From positions 32,001-96,000 of the IMG/VR virus record IMGVR_UViG_3300025706_000001: DNA of 64,000 nucleotides; one strand, given 5' to 3'. The notes below the pieces were generated by a model. The model was not told where the DNA came from. It worked only from the letters and a program-made list of their open reading frames with translations, and ran no database searches. Shown here piece by piece: positions 27,461-36,608 of the stretch; positions within the stretch are counted from its first letter, which is position 1; the number at the start of each line of letters is the position of its first letter. Position numbers and translations under genes: made by a program. Origin of the DNA: a virus (Duplodnaviria > Caudoviricetes).

Positions 27461-30400
27461 TTAGCTTTCGTAATAAGCCGCGTAGAGATTCGCTGCAAAT
27501 TCTCGCACTGCATTGATGTTGCTGACAGACGTAGCCGCTCTTTCCAGTCCTTTGTCCGCCTTGCCGCCGATCAGTTGCTCGGCTTCGCCGCCCTGTCCCA
27601 CCGCTCCTGAATCTCGCGGTCCCGCTCGTTCTCTTGTTTCCAGGTCTTGATCGGGCATTCCTTCGACTTCTGGGTCTTCTCCAGGGCCTTCTGAATCACG
27701 TCTTCCAGCGGCAGCTTTTGCGGCATCTTCACGTTCCTTCTGGGCTTGGTAATACTTGGTCGTGCGGTGGAATTTGAGCCAATCCTTGAATGGCATGGGC
27801 TTCGTCCCGCCGACTTTCAGGAAGTCAACGTAGTCGTCGTAGGTCTTGCGTTCACCGGGGGTCGGCGGCCGGTCGATGGTCTGGGCCAGGGTCAGGCTGG
27901 CGTGCTTTTCGATGAAACGCTTGTTTTGTTCGTGCCTTGGGTGAATGTCTGAGAAGTCGTACTTGGCGGCGTACTTACTCACCTGCTCGGCGATTCGCCC
28001 CTTGTCTGGCATTTCACTGAGCCACGCCCTGAACTGTTCTGATGTCATCGCGGTCGCAGGCCCAACTCGCCAGCCTGACGTGTAGGCAGAACGGTACAGG
28101 TCAACTGCTTCCTTTTTGCTGTTGCAGCCAATGATGACCTTCCATTCGTCAAACCTTCCACTCGGTGTTTCCTGGTCGATGACCACAACCAAGTCACTGG
28201 CTGGATTTGGGCCAATGAACACGTCGGGCTTGTCTCCGTCGCGGGCATCTTCACTGGCTTGATCGCCTACACGGGAGAAATATCCGTAGTGGGCGGGCAT
28301 CTCTGGCCATGCTGGGTTTCGCTTCTTGCCCTTGGGTGTCTCGATCTTGATGGTGAGGCCCTTCCAGGCAATTGTGGGCTTGGTGTAGTTCTCGGCCTCG
28401 ATCTGCGCCTTACTGGGTTCCTTCCATCCCTTCACTGCTTCGGCAATCTCGCCAGCAGTCATGGTGTAGCGTTCGGGGGTGCCGTCTTGGGTGTAACTCC
28501 GACGCTTGTATCCCTTGGGCGGCGGCCGGTGAGCCTCGCTTCCACCCCGTTTCCTGCGGCCAAGGTCCATACCCTCGAACAGCGGCTTTTGTTGGTCTTC
28601 CTCTCGTTGGATTTGGGGAAGGCCTGTCAGTTGACGCCACTCGTAAGGTTCGTCGAGTTGCGAACGGGCAATCTGGTCTCGATTGCTGGCAATCAGGTCT
28701 TCCATGCCTTCAGAGCCGATGTCGAACGGCAATTGTAGTTTCTCGACCTCGCCCTTGACGACCGCGCCAAGTGTGGCCATCTTCCCGGCGAGCAACTTGC
28801 GACCCCAGTCGTCAATCGGCGCGTTGGAGAAGAACCATGCCAACCTAGAATTGGACTTGCTGCTAAGCCGGATGGTTCGACTGACTGCCTGTACGTTTTG
28901 GTCGGCAGCAAGTGGTCCGGTCATCATAATGACAGTTCGTGGCCGATCACCGCGCAAGTCAGGAAGATCAACTCCTGTCCCGCCTGTTCCAAGAGTGGCC
29001 AACATGACCTGATGCTTTCCTTCTTGGAATCCTCTGATCGTGTCCCGATGCGGAACGGTAGAGCCGCCATGAAGATGCGCAATGCCGGAGATTCCGGCGC
29101 GAGCAAGAGCGTCTGCCAGCATCTTGATGGTCCCTTGGCTATAGTGAACCATCTCACCTGATTCACCTGTGACTTTGGACTCGTTGATCCGGTCAGCAAA
29201 GATGACAATTTGCCGATTGGGGTCATCGGCGAGTTCGTTTTGGACGTGCTCGATGATTGCCGGAATCTTGTAGGTTTCCTGGTGACGGCGCATCGCAAGA
29301 AGGGCACGCCCCTTGGCACCGCCAGTCATGTTTTTGATGCCTAATCCGTGGCTCAGATTGTCTTCCAAGTTGGCAAGCTCGTCGTAGGCGTAGTCCGGAA
29401 GTTCAACGGTCTTGAAGTGCGCCTCGGTGCCAGTGAGGTCAATCTCGTGCTTGACCATCAAACCTTCTTTGGTCATCCGGTTGAACAGGCCGTTTAACCG
29501 GCGATGCACTTCAATGCCGCCGATCTTTGGGTCAATCTTCCATTCTGACCATTGAGCGCCTGTTTCCTTGTCGGTGTGCCGACTTTCTTTCAGGCCAAGT
29601 TCCTTGTATGTCTCTTCTGGCGGGCGATTGCCGAACACCTTGGCGCGGAACATGTGAGCAATGTGCAGGGGTTTGTCGGCTGGGGTAGCCGTCGAGTACA
29701 TGACTGAATGCGCCTTATGTGCAGCTTCGTCCATGACATTCGACCGCATGGCAGTTTCGTTTTTGCCGGAATGGGATTCGTCAAACAAGATCACCGTGTC
29801 ATTATCGACGTGTTGAAGAAGCGACGGCAGCTTGTCATAGGTCGTAATGTAGCTGTTGCCGATTTCAGGGACTACTCGCTGGCCGTCCAGGAGTTTCGGC
29901 AGCGTTCCCGGCGCATCCGCATCCATGATGCTTCCGTCTTTGTGGAATGATCCGCCGTAGGTGAACATGTCCCAATTTGCACCAATGACCTGCTTGCGGG
30001 TGACGATGATGGCCTTCATGCCTTGATCGGCCCACATTTTGGCGGCAGCCAACTGGACGCGGCTGTTGTGCGTGACGATAAAGTCGTCCATGACATAGAG
30101 TCGAGACGGATGATCTATCGTGATGCACTGGCATTGTTTTTTTGCGACAAACTCAACATTGGTGATGTAGCGGGTTGGCGGGTACTTGCTTTTCGGAACA
30201 ACGCGAGCCACTTTTCGCTGAAGCCTAAATGGGACGATGCTGGGAGGCATTGCGATATTGACGATGTAACAGAGTTGACCGTACAGTCTTTGGCCGTTGT
30301 GTTGATACTTGGGGATTTTTGTTGTATGGGTTGCGATTCCGCCAAGCGACCTGACCAGAAAAATAACGCCATCCACAAGGGATTTTGACACAGAACAGTA

Positions 30401-33400
30401 GCTCACGCAGTATCCATTGGCAGATATTGTTCCGTCTGTATCCATCAGGCCCTGAAGGACCGCCAGTCGTTTCGTTGGTGAATTAAACAGATAGTCATCT
30501 GGAATGAACTTGTCGCGGGAACGCTTCCCAATGAGACCAAATGCCCTGAGCGATGAGACGAGTGGATTTGGAGTATGGGAATTTTTGATTATTTTTGTGA
30601 AGTAATAGGCTAGACTTGCTTCACTGCTTGCTCGCTTGAGTTGCATTCCTGGCGGACAGGAGATTGCCGCAGCGTCAGCGATCTCTTTGTCTGCTGTAGT
30701 GATGGAGACTGAAGAATGAGATACTAAGCATCCATCGCCAAGCAGTAATCCCATGAGATATGGGTCGATGGGAACCGGCTTGTCTGTGAATTGCACTGGA
30801 GACACAATCGGGATTTTGTGATTAAGTCTTTGGTCCTGCTTGGTTCGCACTGATTTCATGATTTCCAACAACGGCTTAACAGAGCCTTCTTTCCCAACCT
30901 TCCTGTTGCCGACCGTTTCAGTGAACCAAAGGTGCTCGTCGCACGTTTCAGCTGTTGCGCCGTCGCTCATGGTGATGCGGTATATGTCTCGAATTCCGCG
31001 AGGGTAAACGCCAGTAACCTCCGTTGGTGTACCATCCACTGAGATGATTGCGTCACCTACTTTCACGTCGCCCATTCGCTTCCAACCGTCTGGGGTTAGT
31101 AAAAGAGAATCAAGCGGTGCAGCTTTCCCGGTCCCAGGGCCAGATGCGTCTACGAACCCCCCATGAGTACGCATTGCCGTAAACGCCTTGGCGGTGCGTT
31201 GAAGCTGGTAATCCAACTTCACTGGCGATCCTGTCGCAGGGTCGATGGTTCCAGCATCTTCATAGGTCAGATGTCGTTGTAAGACCTCTGGAACGATCGA
31301 GGTATCGGCGGGATGGGTATATTCGGGTCGGGCCGTGCGAACGGATGGAGCGATCCAAGGCCGTCCAATATCGCTTCCCCCGTCAGGTACTCCAGATCCC
31401 AATCCTCCGGATTGTCCTGCTGACTCGTCTGTGTCTGATACTGATCCAAAGTCTGGTCCGTCATCGGGTCCACTTGGTTTCTCCTTTGGTGAAGGCATGA
31501 TTTGCGAACGAGGTGAGATGCGACGGGCTTCGTGCATCTCTTCGTCCGAGAACAGTGATTGTGGCTTTGGTGCTTCTGGCGGCAGGGTCTTTTCTCTGTC
31601 CTTTGCGCGGGGAACGGAAATTGTTCCTAGCGGCGAGGCTCCCGACTTCGCCTGCGACAATGGTTTCTGTACTGGCGGCTCGTAGAGCGGCTGATCTTCT
31701 GGCCTCGATGCTCCGCTTACTGGACGATCCAAAAGAGGTGTCGATGTTTTCTGTGGCAGCGGTGCTGCGGCCCTTGGCTGACTCTGCACCGGCGCATCGA
31801 ACATCGACAACTGCTTGGCTGCGTACTGCTCTGGTCGGTCAAGCTGGTACTCCCCCTTCTGCCCTTGCAAAGGGATCTTGTGCGCCTCGTGATTCCTATT
31901 CACGAACGTCAGACTGTCCACAATGACCGATTCGCCTTCCAAGCCGTCCCATCCAATCCATCGGTCTGCTGTCCCTGGCTGAACGTCGGCAACCCGCAGA
32001 TGGGGAGCATAATTGTTTGTCGCTCTCATGCCTTCCAAGGCTCGTGACAGCTTCGCGTGCAACCGATTCAAGGCCGGTGAATGCACTTTGATCGCCACCA
32101 CGTCGAACGGTCTCGCTTCCGTGGCGTCCACGACCGTCACCTGTCCGAGTACGGCTCGGAATGGGGCTTCGTCTTGAAGCAAAGGTGCGATCTGACTCGG
32201 ATCGTCGTCGGCGAGCATCTTGATGGTGATGTGGGCGTCCTTGGTCCGGCCTTCACCATCCAGGAGGTAGTCGGGGATGTGCGCGGCGAGTTCCTGGACC
32301 TTGTTGTTGATCTCGTCGGGGAGGTCTACACGGGCCACCGCAGCACGGGCCGGTGGCAGTGGCGGGGCGACCATTGCCTGCGGTTCGTCCGATTCCATAC
32401 CGGGGCCACCGGGTTCCGGTGAACTCATCGCATCAGGGTCAACGCCGATCTTCCTGGTGAATTGGCCGGGATTGCCGGGACCGCCTCGGGGGTGCATGAT
32501 GGGGTTCCAGCTTAGGGCGGCATATTGGTCGAGATCTTGATCTAGCGCATAGTCTTCGTGCGAGACCACTTTGGCTTGGGATGCGATGTGGCCTGGAACA
32601 ACGAACTCTGCGCCCGGTGCAGCTCCAACGTTCTGTTCATAGCTGGGAAGATCTGACGAACTCACGTCCACGTAGGATAATGGCCCATTGTAGGCTTGTC
32701 TGAACGGAAGTGCGATGCCTTCTAGGGAGTTGGTGAACTGTGGATTGTGCCCAACTTCATCGGGCCTGTTTCCTCGCCACAGCCTCGTCATTCCTTCGGC
32801 TACTGGAGGAAGTGACGACTCAATCTTAGATGCCATTTTCCGAAACCGAACAATCGGAGGCTCTGAAGTTGCGTATTCATCGCGCTCCGGATACCGATCC
32901 GGCTCTGCCCCCAAATCAATCTCATCATCCGCCGAGTAGCTGGACGACCTCATGTCCAGCATGTCCGTCAATTGTGCAACGAGCATCTCGTGGTCCAGGG
33001 CGTCCCCCAACTGCTTGACCAAGTGGTGCCGGTCGGCTGTTGGGTCAAATCCTCTTGCCAAGGACTGTCGCCGCAAGGCACGGTCCAAGTCCTGCGTCCA
33101 CTCCTGGATGGTCCGCTGCTTTTGAACGTACTGATCCATGATTTCGGACAGGGTTGTGACCAGCGGATCATTCTGAACTTTTGGTCGAGGTTCAGGTTGA
33201 ACTTCTGGCTCCGGTTCAGCCTGAACTTCTGCGGGGGCAGATGCCTGCTCGTCGGGGACTTCGGGCAGCGGATCATTCTGGACTTCTGGTGACCCGCCCC
33301 TGGCCGCATTGAAGAACGATTCCCAGAAGCCGTCCCACGGGTTCGTGGCTTGACGCTGGATCTCGTAGGTTGCCTCACTAGTAGCATTCTTGGCTAGTTC

Positions 33401-33574
33401 TCCGGCCTCTATCCTGCCGTCGATGCGGTCGGTGCCTTGGGGGGATACGTCGATACGCTGCTGGTTGAACAGGTTCCGCCATTCGTCAAACGACTTGGGC
33501 GCGGCCCCAGCCTGCTGCATAAATCTCGCGTACCAGGAGTAGCGGCGTTGTTCGTCTTGGTTCAGATCAGGCAT
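27461..33574 (-). CDS. Giant polyvalent protein B (ART-like, 2H phosphoesterase, intein-split strawberry-notch-like SF2 helicase, InPase)
   Basis: LWRG/FTNS/EFVV (~32590-32790). HIT...HLR 2H motifs (~31870-32330). GPGTGK, DESH, STATP and QAVSRTIR helicase motifs. 'IETPKG...HYGY...DGDKPDVF...DEWK' InPase (~28010-28460). Start taken as ATG 33574 after AAAGGG. Confidence 0.8.
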   Translation of the reverse strand: MPDLNQDEQRRYSWYARFMQQAGAAPKSFDEWRNLFNQQRIDVSPQGTDRIDGRIEAGELAKNATSEATYEIQRQATNPWDGFWESFFNAARGGSPEVQNDPLPEVPDEQASAPAEVQAEPEPEVQPEPRPKVQNDPLVTTLSEIMDQYVQKQRTIQEWTQDLDRALRRQSLARGFDPTADRHHLVKQLGDALDHEMLVAQLTDMLDMRSSSYSADDEIDLGAEPDRYPERDEYATSEPPIVRFRKMASKIESSLPPVAEGMTRLWRGNRPDEVGHNPQFTNSLEGIALPFRQAYNGPLSYVDVSSSDLPSYEQNVGAAPGAEFVVPGHIASQAKVVSHEDYALDQDLDQYAALSWNPIMHPRGGPGNPGQFTRKIGVDPDAMSSPEPGGPGMESDEPQAMVAPPLPPARAAVARVDLPDEINNKVQELAAHIPDYLLDGEGRTKDAHITIKMLADDDPSQIAPLLQDEAPFRAVLGQVTVVDATEARPFDVVAIKVHSPALNRLHAKLSRALEGMRATNNYAPHLRVADVQPGTADRWIGWDGLEGESVIVDSLTFVNRNHEAHKIPLQGQKGEYQLDRPEQYAAKQLSMFDAPVQSQPRAAAPLPQKTSTPLLDRPVSGASRPEDQPLYEPPVQKPLSQAKSGASPLGTISVPRAKDREKTLPPEAPKPQSLFSDEEMHEARRISPRSQIMPSPKEKPSGPDDGPDFGSVSDTDESAGQSGGLGSGVPDGGSDIGRPWIAPSVRTARPEYTHPADTSIVPEVLQRHLTYEDAGTIDPATGSPVKLDYQLQRTAKAFTAMRTHGGFVDASGPGTGKAAPLDSLLLTPDGWKRMGDVKVGDAIISVDGTPTEVTGVYPRGIRDIYRITMSDGATAETCDEHLWFTETVGNRKVGKEGSVKPLLEIMKSVRTKQDQRLNHKIPIVSPVQFTDKPVPIDPYLMGLLLGDGCLVSHSSVSITTADKEIADAAAISCPPGMQLKRASSEASLAYYFTKIIKNSHTPNPLVSSLRAFGLIGKRSRDKFIPDDYLFNSPTKRLAVLQGLMDTDGTISANGYCVSYCSVSKSLVDGVIFLVRSLGGIATHTTKIPKYQHNGQRLYGQLCYIVNIAMPPSIVPFRLQRKVARVVPKSKYPPTRYITNVEFVAKKQCQCITIDHPSRLYVMDDFIVTHNSRVQLAAAKMWADQGMKAIIVTRKQVIGANWDMFTYGGSFHKDGSIMDADAPGTLPKLLDGQRVVPEIGNSYITTYDKLPSLLQHVDNDTVILFDESHSGKNETAMRSNVMDEAAHKAHSVMYSTATPADKPLHIAHMFRAKVFGNRPPEETYKELGLKESRHTDKETGAQWSEWKIDPKIGGIEVHRRLNGLFNRMTKEGLMVKHEIDLTGTEAHFKTVELPDYAYDELANLEDNLSHGLGIKNMTGGAKGRALLAMRRHQETYKIPAIIEHVQNELADDPNRQIVIFADRINESKVTGESGEMVHYSQGTIKMLADALARAGISGIAHLHGGSTVPHRDTIRGFQEGKHQVMLATLGTGGTGVDLPDLRGDRPRTVIMMTGPLAADQNVQAVSRTIRLSSKSNSRLAWFFSNAPIDDWGRKLLAGKMATLGAVVKGEVEKLQLPFDIGSEGMEDLIASNRDQIARSQLDEPYEWRQLTGLPQIQREEDQQKPLFEGMDLGRRKRGGSEAHRPPPKGYKRRSYTQDGTPERYTMTAGEIAEAVKGWKEPSKAQIEAENYTKPTIAWKGLTIKIETPKGKKRNPAWPEMPAHYGYFSRVGDQASEDARDGDKPDVFIGPNPASDLVVVIDQETPSGRFDEWKVIIGCNSKKEAVDLYRSAYTSGWRVGPATAMTSEQFRAWLSEMPDKGRIAEQVSKYAAKYDFSDIHPRHEQNKRFIEKHASLTLAQTIDRPPTPGERKTYDDYVDFLKVGGTKPMPFKDWLKFHRTTKYYQAQKEREDAAKAAAGRRDSEGPGEDPEVEGMPDQDLETRERAGPRDSGAVGQGGEAEQLIGGKADKGLERAATSVSNINAVREFAANLYAAYYES
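30065..31123 (-). mobile_element. Class 3 (Ala1, WCT) intein with LAGLIDADG endonuclease, inserted right after helicase Walker A
   Basis: Junctions GPGTGK|AAPLDS...VTHN|S. Block B 'EHLW', block F 'QCITI', block G 'THN'. LAGLIDADG motifs MGLLLGDG and QGLMDTDG. 353 aa. Confidence 0.9.
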
Positions 33575-33594
33575 TGAACTGGCCCTTTGTACGC

Positions 33595-33672
33595 TGTAAA
33601 ATGAGGCGAGCCAGGGGGCGTATGGTGCGCCCTTGCTGGCTCTTGCCACTTACACCTGAACGGAGGTTTCTC
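33595..33672 (+). promoter_or_regulatory. -10 box, hairpin and RBS upstream of the antisense HNH gene
   Basis: TAAAAT, then a GAGCCAG-GGGGCG...CGCCCTTG-CTGGCTC stem, then GGAGG 6 nt before ATG 33673. Confidence 0.55.
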
Positions 33673-34572
33673 ATGGCTAAACGCAATTCTAAATCGCCTT
33701 ACGTGCCTGCACAAGACTTGTTCGACGGCGCAAGGCTCGGCAGGTTGTTGCTGATCAAAAAAGACGTGGATGCGGCAGAAGACAGTTGGATCTGCCAGTG
33801 TGACTGCGGAACAACCAAGATCATCACGTCCTACCGGCTCATGCGCGGCGAAAAAAGTTGTGGCTGTATTAGTGGTCACGGCATGTCCCGCGATCCAATT
33901 TACAGCTGCTGGTCTGGAATCACGTATCGCGGCAAAGGCAAGTCGAAAGAGCCGTGCTATGCCAATGGTGACATCCATGTTTGCAAGCGATGGATGGAGT
34001 CGTTCGAGGCGTTTTACGAAGACATGGGCGACAAACCGAGCCCAAAGCATTCGATCGACCGAATTGTAAACGCGAAGGGGTACACCTGCGGAAAATGTGA
34101 GGAATGTCTTTCTCGCGGCGACACCGCGAATTGCCGGTGGGCCACCAAGCAGGAACAGTCCATCAATCGCTCCGTGACTCGCTTCATCACGCACGGCGGC
34201 GAAACATGCACGCTTACTGAATGGGCTCGCAGGGCAGGCATTTCGGTAACGACACTCGCTGGCAGGCTGGATCGCGGCTGGACCGTGCAAGACGCGATTA
34301 CGAAGCCGTCCAATCATGCGGGTCAATGTCGGCGAACTGGACTTCACTTGATTACCCATGACGGACAAACTCATTCGATAACAGAATGGGCAAAGATCCT
34401 TGGAATTAGTTCTGCTGCAATTTGCTCTCGGCTAAGTCTTGGCTGGTCTGAATCAAAGGCGGTCTCCACGCCCAGCAGAAGACCTAAAGTGAAAGTGTCG
34501 GCGAAAACGACTTCGCCAGAGCATAGTCCTCCAGTTGTTGCTGACTCCACTTCCCCGTCCGAAACCACGTAA
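33673..34572 (+). CDS. Free-standing HNH homing endonuclease, antisense to the operon
   Basis: 'WICQCDCG...KSCGC...HGMS...I.VC.RW..FEAF..DMG.KP....SIDRI....NCRWAT..EQ..NR' plus two C-terminal 'IT..G.T..EWA...GIS..RL..GW' repeats. Confidence 0.9.
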   Translation: MAKRNSKSPYVPAQDLFDGARLGRLLLIKKDVDAAEDSWICQCDCGTTKIITSYRLMRGEKSCGCISGHGMSRDPIYSCWSGITYRGKGKSKEPCYANGDIHVCKRWMESFEAFYEDMGDKPSPKHSIDRIVNAKGYTCGKCEECLSRGDTANCRWATKQEQSINRSVTRFITHGGETCTLTEWARRAGISVTTLAGRLDRGWTVQDAITKPSNHAGQCRRTGLHLITHDGQTHSITEWAKILGISSAAICSRLSLGWSESKAVSTPSRRPKVKVSAKTTSPEHSPPVVADSTSPSETT

Positions 34573-36265
34573 CGGCCTCCTGGTCGCTCTGTGGCGTCGC
34601 ATCCTGGGACAGGGCTGCCTTTTCTTCGGGTTGGCCGGCAGGCTGTTGTGGGGCCTGCTGGCCCTGTTCCTGGGCAGCTTCGGGAGGTGTGCCCATTTGT
34701 TGCTGCATCGCGGCCTGCTGCTGCATGGTTTCCATCTGGATCGTTTGTTGCAGCCTCATTTGCTTTTCTTGCATCTCCATATTTAAGTTATTCATAGCCT
34801 TGGTTTGGCGAAGCTGCTGCGTACTCACGGTCACGACCTCATCCCCTGGTTCGGGGGGCGTCATCCCCGTAAAAGAGTATAGGTCAGCCACCCTCACGGG
34901 GCAGTCCATTTGGTAAATCGAACTTATGGCTGCTAATCTCTTTTGCACATCTGGCTCATCGGTCTGAAGCTCTAGTCTCGGATAGCACCCCATCGAATCC
35001 CGCGCATTCTCGTACTGCAACTTCCGCAGTAACTCGCGGGTCAGCGTCTCACCCAAGTTCGCCGCATCGAATCGCACGATATCCGAAAACGTCTGGATGT
35101 GCGCCGCCGCCACCCCGCCGCCCATGCCCGTGGATTCAGCTTCGGTAGTGAGTAACTGACCGAGGATGTACTTCTTGATCTTCTTCAGGAAAAAGTTTTC
35201 GATCAGCTCGCGGATCATCTGTGCGCCGGTGATCCCAGGCTCAATCTGCTCCACGCCGTACATGCCGGCGTACTCGTTGGGTTCAACCGGGAACAGGATG
35301 TCCGCCACTCCGTTAGCGATGGCGTTCTTGGCGGCGCTTTCGACGGCGGTTTTCCAATTGGCGTTTCCCGACGGATACCGCCAAATTCTGACGCCCAGGG
35401 CAGCGCGGCTGACGAACGTCATCAAATCCGCCAACAGGGCGTTCATGGCATACCAAGTCCAGTAGATCCGGTCTCGGATTCCAACGCCCATGACCCGGCC
35501 CATCATTCTCGGTTCATGCCAGGGTCCGTCTTCCACAATGTGCTTGTGGACGACCATTGTGTCGCGCTCATAGTCATCAAACCAATACACCAAGCCGTAC
35601 TGGGTGGCTTCCACCTTCATGCGCAGCTGGTCGTATGGCAGGTTTTGCAGCTTGGGTGGCATGTTGGCGAAGAAGGCCGCGTGAACCCGAATGCCGAGCT
35701 GACCAGGCTTGTACTTGAACGTTCCGTCCGAGTAGCGGAACATGAGCTTGTCGCCGTGTCTGGGGGACCAGTCGGAAATGACTGTGCGGTACTGGTCACC
35801 TACCTGCTCTGTGCCAAACGTATTGACGTTGCACGACTTTCCGAACCAAAGGGCCTCCATTAGGGCGTATCGGTACTTTGTGAAGTACGGGATTCGTTCC
35901 AGGAGTTTGGTCAGAAGTTGGGCGAGCTTGATCTCTTTCGGGGACTTTTCGTTCTCGGGTACGACGTGGTACTTGAGCAATGCCGTTGCTCGCATCCGCG
36001 CCTCAAGGCACTCCATGATCGCCGATTCTGTGCGCATTCGCTCGGCGTTCTCGACGCTGTTTCGCGTAGCTTCATCATCAATTGGGTAGGCTCGTGCAGC
36101 AGACCCGACGTACCCCGTGGCCGTGTAGTAGTGCGGAACGATATCTTGCCCAAAGATGGGAGGTGCGCCCTCGATTTGCCTTGCCGGGTCCTGTGCGTTG
36201 GCAAGAATGACGCTCGCCGGAAGGGAGCTTAGGTCGATTGGACGGGTGAAGTCATAATTTGGCAT
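34484..36265 (-). CDS. Portal protein (DUF935/Mu gp29-like)
   Basis: 'I...LE.R...', 'EAL..G.S' and 'ILGQ.LTT...G.G...A.H.......D...L.ETL' motifs; Gln-rich tail. Confidence 0.85.
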   Translation of the reverse strand: MPNYDFTRPIDLSSLPASVILANAQDPARQIEGAPPIFGQDIVPHYYTATGYVGSAARAYPIDDEATRNSVENAERMRTESAIMECLEARMRATALLKYHVVPENEKSPKEIKLAQLLTKLLERIPYFTKYRYALMEALWFGKSCNVNTFGTEQVGDQYRTVISDWSPRHGDKLMFRYSDGTFKYKPGQLGIRVHAAFFANMPPKLQNLPYDQLRMKVEATQYGLVYWFDDYERDTMVVHKHIVEDGPWHEPRMMGRVMGVGIRDRIYWTWYAMNALLADLMTFVSRAALGVRIWRYPSGNANWKTAVESAAKNAIANGVADILFPVEPNEYAGMYGVEQIEPGITGAQMIRELIENFFLKKIKKYILGQLLTTEAESTGMGGGVAAAHIQTFSDIVRFDAANLGETLTRELLRKLQYENARDSMGCYPRLELQTDEPDVQKRLAAISSIYQMDCPVRVADLYSFTGMTPPEPGDEVVTVSTQQLRQTKAMNNLNMEMQEKQMRLQQTIQMETMQQQAAMQQQMGTPPEAAQEQGQQAPQQPAGQPEEKAALSQDATPQSDQEAVTWFRTGKWSQQQLEDYALAKSFSPTLSL

Positions 36266-36335
36266 AACGGAGTTCCTTGGCCGGACCTGTCGAACCCCGT
36301 CTATGGTTACGTCGATGGGTCGATGTTTGGGCCTA

Positions 36336-36566
36336 TTATAGCGGCTTCTTGCCCGCTTTCCTACTCGGTTTGTTGGCTTCTGGCGGCACTGGCTTGACCA
36401 GGGAGTGTCGCAGATCGTGCCCAATGGCTTCACCCGTGTAGGCATCCCAGACCATCGCTTGGGCGTCGTCTGGATGTCGCCCGACGGCGGTGGTTCGGTC
36501 CACGCGAAAGATATCCACGATCCTGTCGTCACGGGCTAGGTATTTGCCGGGGTAATCAATTCGCAT
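36336..36566 (-). CDS. Small hypothetical protein
   Basis: 76-aa ORF filling the gap, co-oriented with the operon. Confidence 0.5.
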   Translation of the reverse strand: MRIDYPGKYLARDDRIVDIFRVDRTTAVGRHPDDAQAMVWDAYTGEAIGHDLRHSLVKPVPPEANKPSRKAGKKPL

Positions 36567-36608
36567 GGCTGGTGGTCTGCCTTTCGTTGGTTCTTTCTGA
36601 ACTTTTGC

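Noticed and set aside
33562-34374. 270-aa minus-strand ORF antisense to the HNH, as a portal-giant bridge or intein
   Set aside because: Different frame from the portal and giant B; no splicing motifs.
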